Origin: Verrucomicrobiota bacterium
Lineage (GTDB): Bacteria > Verrucomicrobiota > Verrucomicrobiia > Limisphaerales > J093
Assembly (NCBI GenBank): GCA_012517065.1
Contig: JAAYVR010000068.1
Location: 268 to 64,267, forward strand
Reading direction: 5' to 3'
DNA: 64,000 nucleotides
The notes beneath the pieces were generated by a model that searched no databases, was not told the DNA's origin, and saw only the letters and a program-made list of their open reading frames with translations. Positions 62,101 to 64,000 of the stretch are shown here, piece by piece; positions within the stretch are counted from its first letter, which is position 1; each line of letters starts with the position of its first letter. The position numbers were made by a program, and so were the translations under genes.

Positions 62101-64000
62101 GCGAATGTTTGCCATTGTCGCGAGTGACTTCGAGCTGCCATGCATTACCCGAGGGCAGGGTTGACGGGAGGCGGGCTTTGATTTCGTTGTTTGTCCATGA
62201 AACGACCTCGAGAGCCACGCCGTTGATGGTCACGCTTCCATTTCCCTGGGTGTCGCCAAAGCCGTAATCCCGGGTGATCGTCGCCGAGTTCTGGTATCCC
62301 AGCGAAGTTGGGTCTGGAACTTGAGTATTCCCCAGCGAGGTTATGGTAATTACGTCGGTTGGACTGGCAAGGTAAGGGCCGACGCCGGTGCCTGAGACTG
62401 ATTTGATCACGGGCGTGCTGTCCGGTGGTTCGACATCCAGTTGGTTGTTGGGAAATCCAACCAACCCCGCTATCGGTACGATGGGAGTATCAAGGTAGGA
62501 AACACTGCCGGGGTAGTACATGAACGTCCATGGTGTTGTCGAGAAGTTTGGATTGTAGAACGGGTCGGGTATGCGCGGGCCGTTTGGGTTTGCAGGGTCG
62601 GGCATTGTGGGATCGTTCAGCACCAGCGTGAGCATGTTCGGTGAAACGCCGCTTGGTGAGGGCACATTGGCGGTGTAGGTCGATGGCAACATCGCATTGT
62701 AGGTGCCGTATTCGTCCGAATACACACGCACGATTTCGTTGCCGGCCCAGTCACGGAACGAAATGGGCAGCCAGCCGGGCGAGCCCTTTTCGCCAAAGAT
62801 CGGACTGAACGCGTTGAATTCGGCTGTGAAATCGTTCAGAACGAAACCCATGACACGGGCAGCTTTGGGAACCTCTGTGTACATATGAAAGTCGGCAGCC
62901 GCATTTTGACCGTCAGATACACGCACCCATTTCATGTCAGCCAGTGGCCTGACCTGTCCTGCGAAGGGCGCCGGTTCACCCGCGTCGGGGAACAGACTCA
63001 AGGTTGGTGCGACAGTGTAAGGATCGGTTCTGATACTTGGGACGAATGTCTTGACGAAATCGTCCGCAGAAGCGCCACCGTGATTTGGCCGAGTGCCAAC
63101 AAGTTCCGGGGGTAAAACCAGTTTGCTCGGCTTGTAGGATTCGCCGAATCCAACGTTCATGCTTTCTTCGGTCTGGATCAGGTACGTTGGCGGCGGGACC
63201 GCGTGGACGACATAGAAACCTGCAGGCAGCGGGATGTCATCGTCGGGGTTGTTATTCCAGCCCGTTGGATCGTAGCCGTTGAATGCGTAGCCGCCGTCAA
63301 AGACGCCTGGGCGGACCTGATTCCATGTGCCGTAATTGTCGGCACCGACTATTGGTTTGCCGAGGACAGATGCGGGATTGGTTTGGATGGCGCCCAATGT
63401 ACCGCCGGTTCCATCAACAAAATCATCCCAGCTATCGGTCCAGACAATGTTGATTGCGTCGCCGGCGTCGAATACGCCGTTGTTGTTGTGGTCGTAGTCT
63501 TCAGGGCCCTTCGCACCGCCTGAAGCCCAGCCCAGCGGGTAATTGTCAACGTCAGCCAATTGAATCCCAGGGACGCCGTTGATGTCATCAATGAGCTTGT
63601 CACCGTCGCTGTCGCGGTAAAGCGCAACCTGCACTCTTGGAATTCCGGGTTCCCACGGATCAATGACAGCGTCGCGCGGGTTTTGTTCTGCTCTGGTGGT
63701 TTGGTAACCAACGACACCGGAAATTCCACCATTCTCGCCAGGACCGTAGCTGACTTTGCCCCAGTCAATGCGATTGTTTTGGTTCAGAAACAAGTGCATC
63801 GCCTGAAGGAGGACAGGGCCGGTCTCAGTGCGAGAGAGGTTGTCACCTGTATTTGGGTTAATAATTGGTTCATCTGTGAGCGCAATGCCCGTCAGTGGAT
63901 CAACAGCATATTGTGGCTGCGGATTGCGGACTCCTTCTGCCGGCCAGTCAGGTCCAGGAATGAACCCTCCCTCATCGGTGACTGCGGTCAAGCCCGTGGC
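59126..64000 (-). CDS. Large (>1620 aa, 5' end outside the window) secreted protein A: SdrD-B-like and IPT/TIG-like domains, a right-handed beta-helix (PbH1 repeats) and a C-terminal two-cupredoxin multicopper oxidase module with a type-1 copper site
   Basis: The frame stays open to position 64000, and the track's 'M' at 63991 is a TTG. Beta-helix repeats read NNRIIGNQGTYGGGVSIG, ILKNGGVTGAGGIAIY, NLIQGNLAGSGHGGGIRV. Copper motifs are PHSVHFHGY (~59990-60016) and YIYHCHVEATEHMEMGM (59837-59878). Confidence 0.8.
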   Translation of the reverse strand, partial: ATGLTAVTDEGGFIPGPDWPAEGVRNPQPQYAVDPLTGIALTDEPIINPNTGDNLSRTETGPVLLQAMHLFLNQNNRIDWGKVSYGPGENGGISGVVGYQTTRAEQNPRDAVIDPWEPGIPRVQVALYRDSDGDKLIDDINGVPGIQLADVDNYPLGWASGGAKGPEDYDHNNNGVFDAGDAINIVWTDSWDDFVDGTGGTLGAIQTNPASVLGKPIVGADNYGTWNQVRPGVFDGGYAFNGYDPTGWNNNPDDDIPLPAGFYVVHAVPPPTYLIQTEESMNVGFGESYKPSKLVLPPELVGTRPNHGGASADDFVKTFVPSIRTDPYTVAPTLSLFPDAGEPAPFAGQVRPLADMKWVRVSDGQNAAADFHMYTEVPKAARVMGFVLNDFTAEFNAFSPIFGEKGSPGWLPISFRDWAGNEIVRVYSDEYGTYNAMLPSTYTANVPSPSGVSPNMLTLVLNDPTMPDPANPNGPRIPDPFYNPNFSTTPWTFMYYPGSVSYLDTPIVPIAGLVGFPNNQLDVEPPDSTPVIKSVSGTGVGPYLASPTDVITITSLGNTQVPDPTSLGYQNSATITRDYGFGDTQGNGSVTINGVALEVVSWTNNEIKARLPSTLPSGNAWQLEVTRDNGKHSPIGVTLTLGGPGNVHYVTPQSPSEADPIPNPIQDAIDAAAPGDLILVGEGNYNENPILWKPVRLQGSGAGTVILANPNPLDRVTTWHELIEARLGGDPFVANELPGIIVFSTAPDAFKSAGARIDGFQIKGSIAGGGISLFNNVHDLRISNNRIIGNQGTYGGGVSIGMQGNAGILYDNTNVTIERNQILKNGGVTGAGGIAIYTGATGYRIINNDIIGNFCRQNGGGIAHEGLSPNGLIAGNRIAFNEVFYGILVGGDGGGIYVAGEPVPAGLGQGAGSLTIINNLIQGNLAGSGHGGGIRVASFNGTDVQSAKENWYALDIINNVIVNNVAGWAGGGISLQDIARARIIHNTIARNDSTATSRSVFAPGSSVSDRQVAGIAAHQHGILLASFLAPETFANPVLENNIIYENRSYQFNGNTGVQTLENPITWDLGVVEQPSATLNPVNCVLTAAYAGGSGNIYGTPNFLAPYYNTLHSAVVIDEAGNNISVRLEQSVTATPPVQANYGDYHINSGSAASDAASTSSPVAFDIDLQARPSGSAADIGADEANSTAVSVDVGTTAPATGPLPSGVAPPVTTPPNGAGVPPGDPVQPVFEPMPADQDGLDTDGDGDANNDHYYMRVTGGDGFSKMADGNELYQFGFANLTEVDPTHVMRDGMLKAEIPAPTIKLKEGQKFYLDLSNVGMLMRPDLFDPHSVHFHGYPQAASIFDGEPFASAVINVGATFRYFYNIVDPGTYIYHCHVEATEHMEMGMLGSLYITPRQNYAHIGPNGPLDPADYPTFAKLPPGKGPKHQPGYKYAYNDGDGSTYYDVEKELQLSAFDRNFHEQHILVQPLPFSELDESYPLINGRGYPDTVASAPVVNSKVQEVLGLEDPYPSQKIDSRVVATAGQRILLRLSNVSLSDFHTVTVLGIPMRVIGKDAKLLRGPTGLDLSYETTSITIGAGETADVILDTAGVAPGTYFLYDARLNHLCNDEEDFGGMMTEIIVQ

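Noticed and set aside
1-64000. tRNA, rRNA, tmRNA, transposase, integrase and phage genes
   Set aside because: Intergenic regions were scanned by eye for tRNA T-loop/acceptor patterns and for IS or phage-like ORFs, and none was found. This is a visual scan only, not tRNAscan or Rfam.

Overview
No searches or computations were run. All family names come from motifs read in the translated ORFs, and identity percentages are hand counts. This is a GC-rich bacterial chromosomal window. Several features suggest a Verrucomicrobiota-like member of the PVC superphylum (inference): a remnant prepilin-type [14 protein letters not shown]-terminus, a 50-codon small-basic-protein gene, a giant protein with an LEALEPRILLS N-terminal motif, and secreted proteins ending in FYRV-type tails. 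The left half (1-27.8 kb) holds ordinary genes: an NPCBM/glycosidase-like protein, an SPFH plus RHH pair, GDPD, a pseudouridine synthase, an SH3b protein, folD, a TAT Gfo/Idh/MocA oxidoreductase, a metallophosphoesterase, a sigma-70 factor, apt, a PAP2-GT39 fusion, OGG1-type glycosylase, ComB-like phosphatase, an S8 protease and a NUDIX hydrolase. There are also two decayed genes. Nearly every intergenic gap in this half is filled by non-coding repeat families: a modular 0.3-0.6 kb element with a terminator-like core, a CCCCATATC box, a 16-bp-stem hairpin, and 144-bp and 147-bp tandem arrays. The right half (28-64 kb) is one co-directional minus-strand cluster of very large secreted proteins. 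It encodes a 1516-aa GEVED/HYR protein, a 6168-aa RTX/Calx-beta giant, a double beta-propeller/cadherin-like protein, a C25 peptidase, a Cys-rich small protein and three paralogous two-cupredoxin multicopper-oxidase-like proteins. The copper ligands of those three proteins are distributed in a complementary way. That suggests a heteromeric, single-active-site oxidase, which is the most interesting candidate novel system here. No rRNA, tRNA, CRISPR array, transposase or phage gene was recognised.
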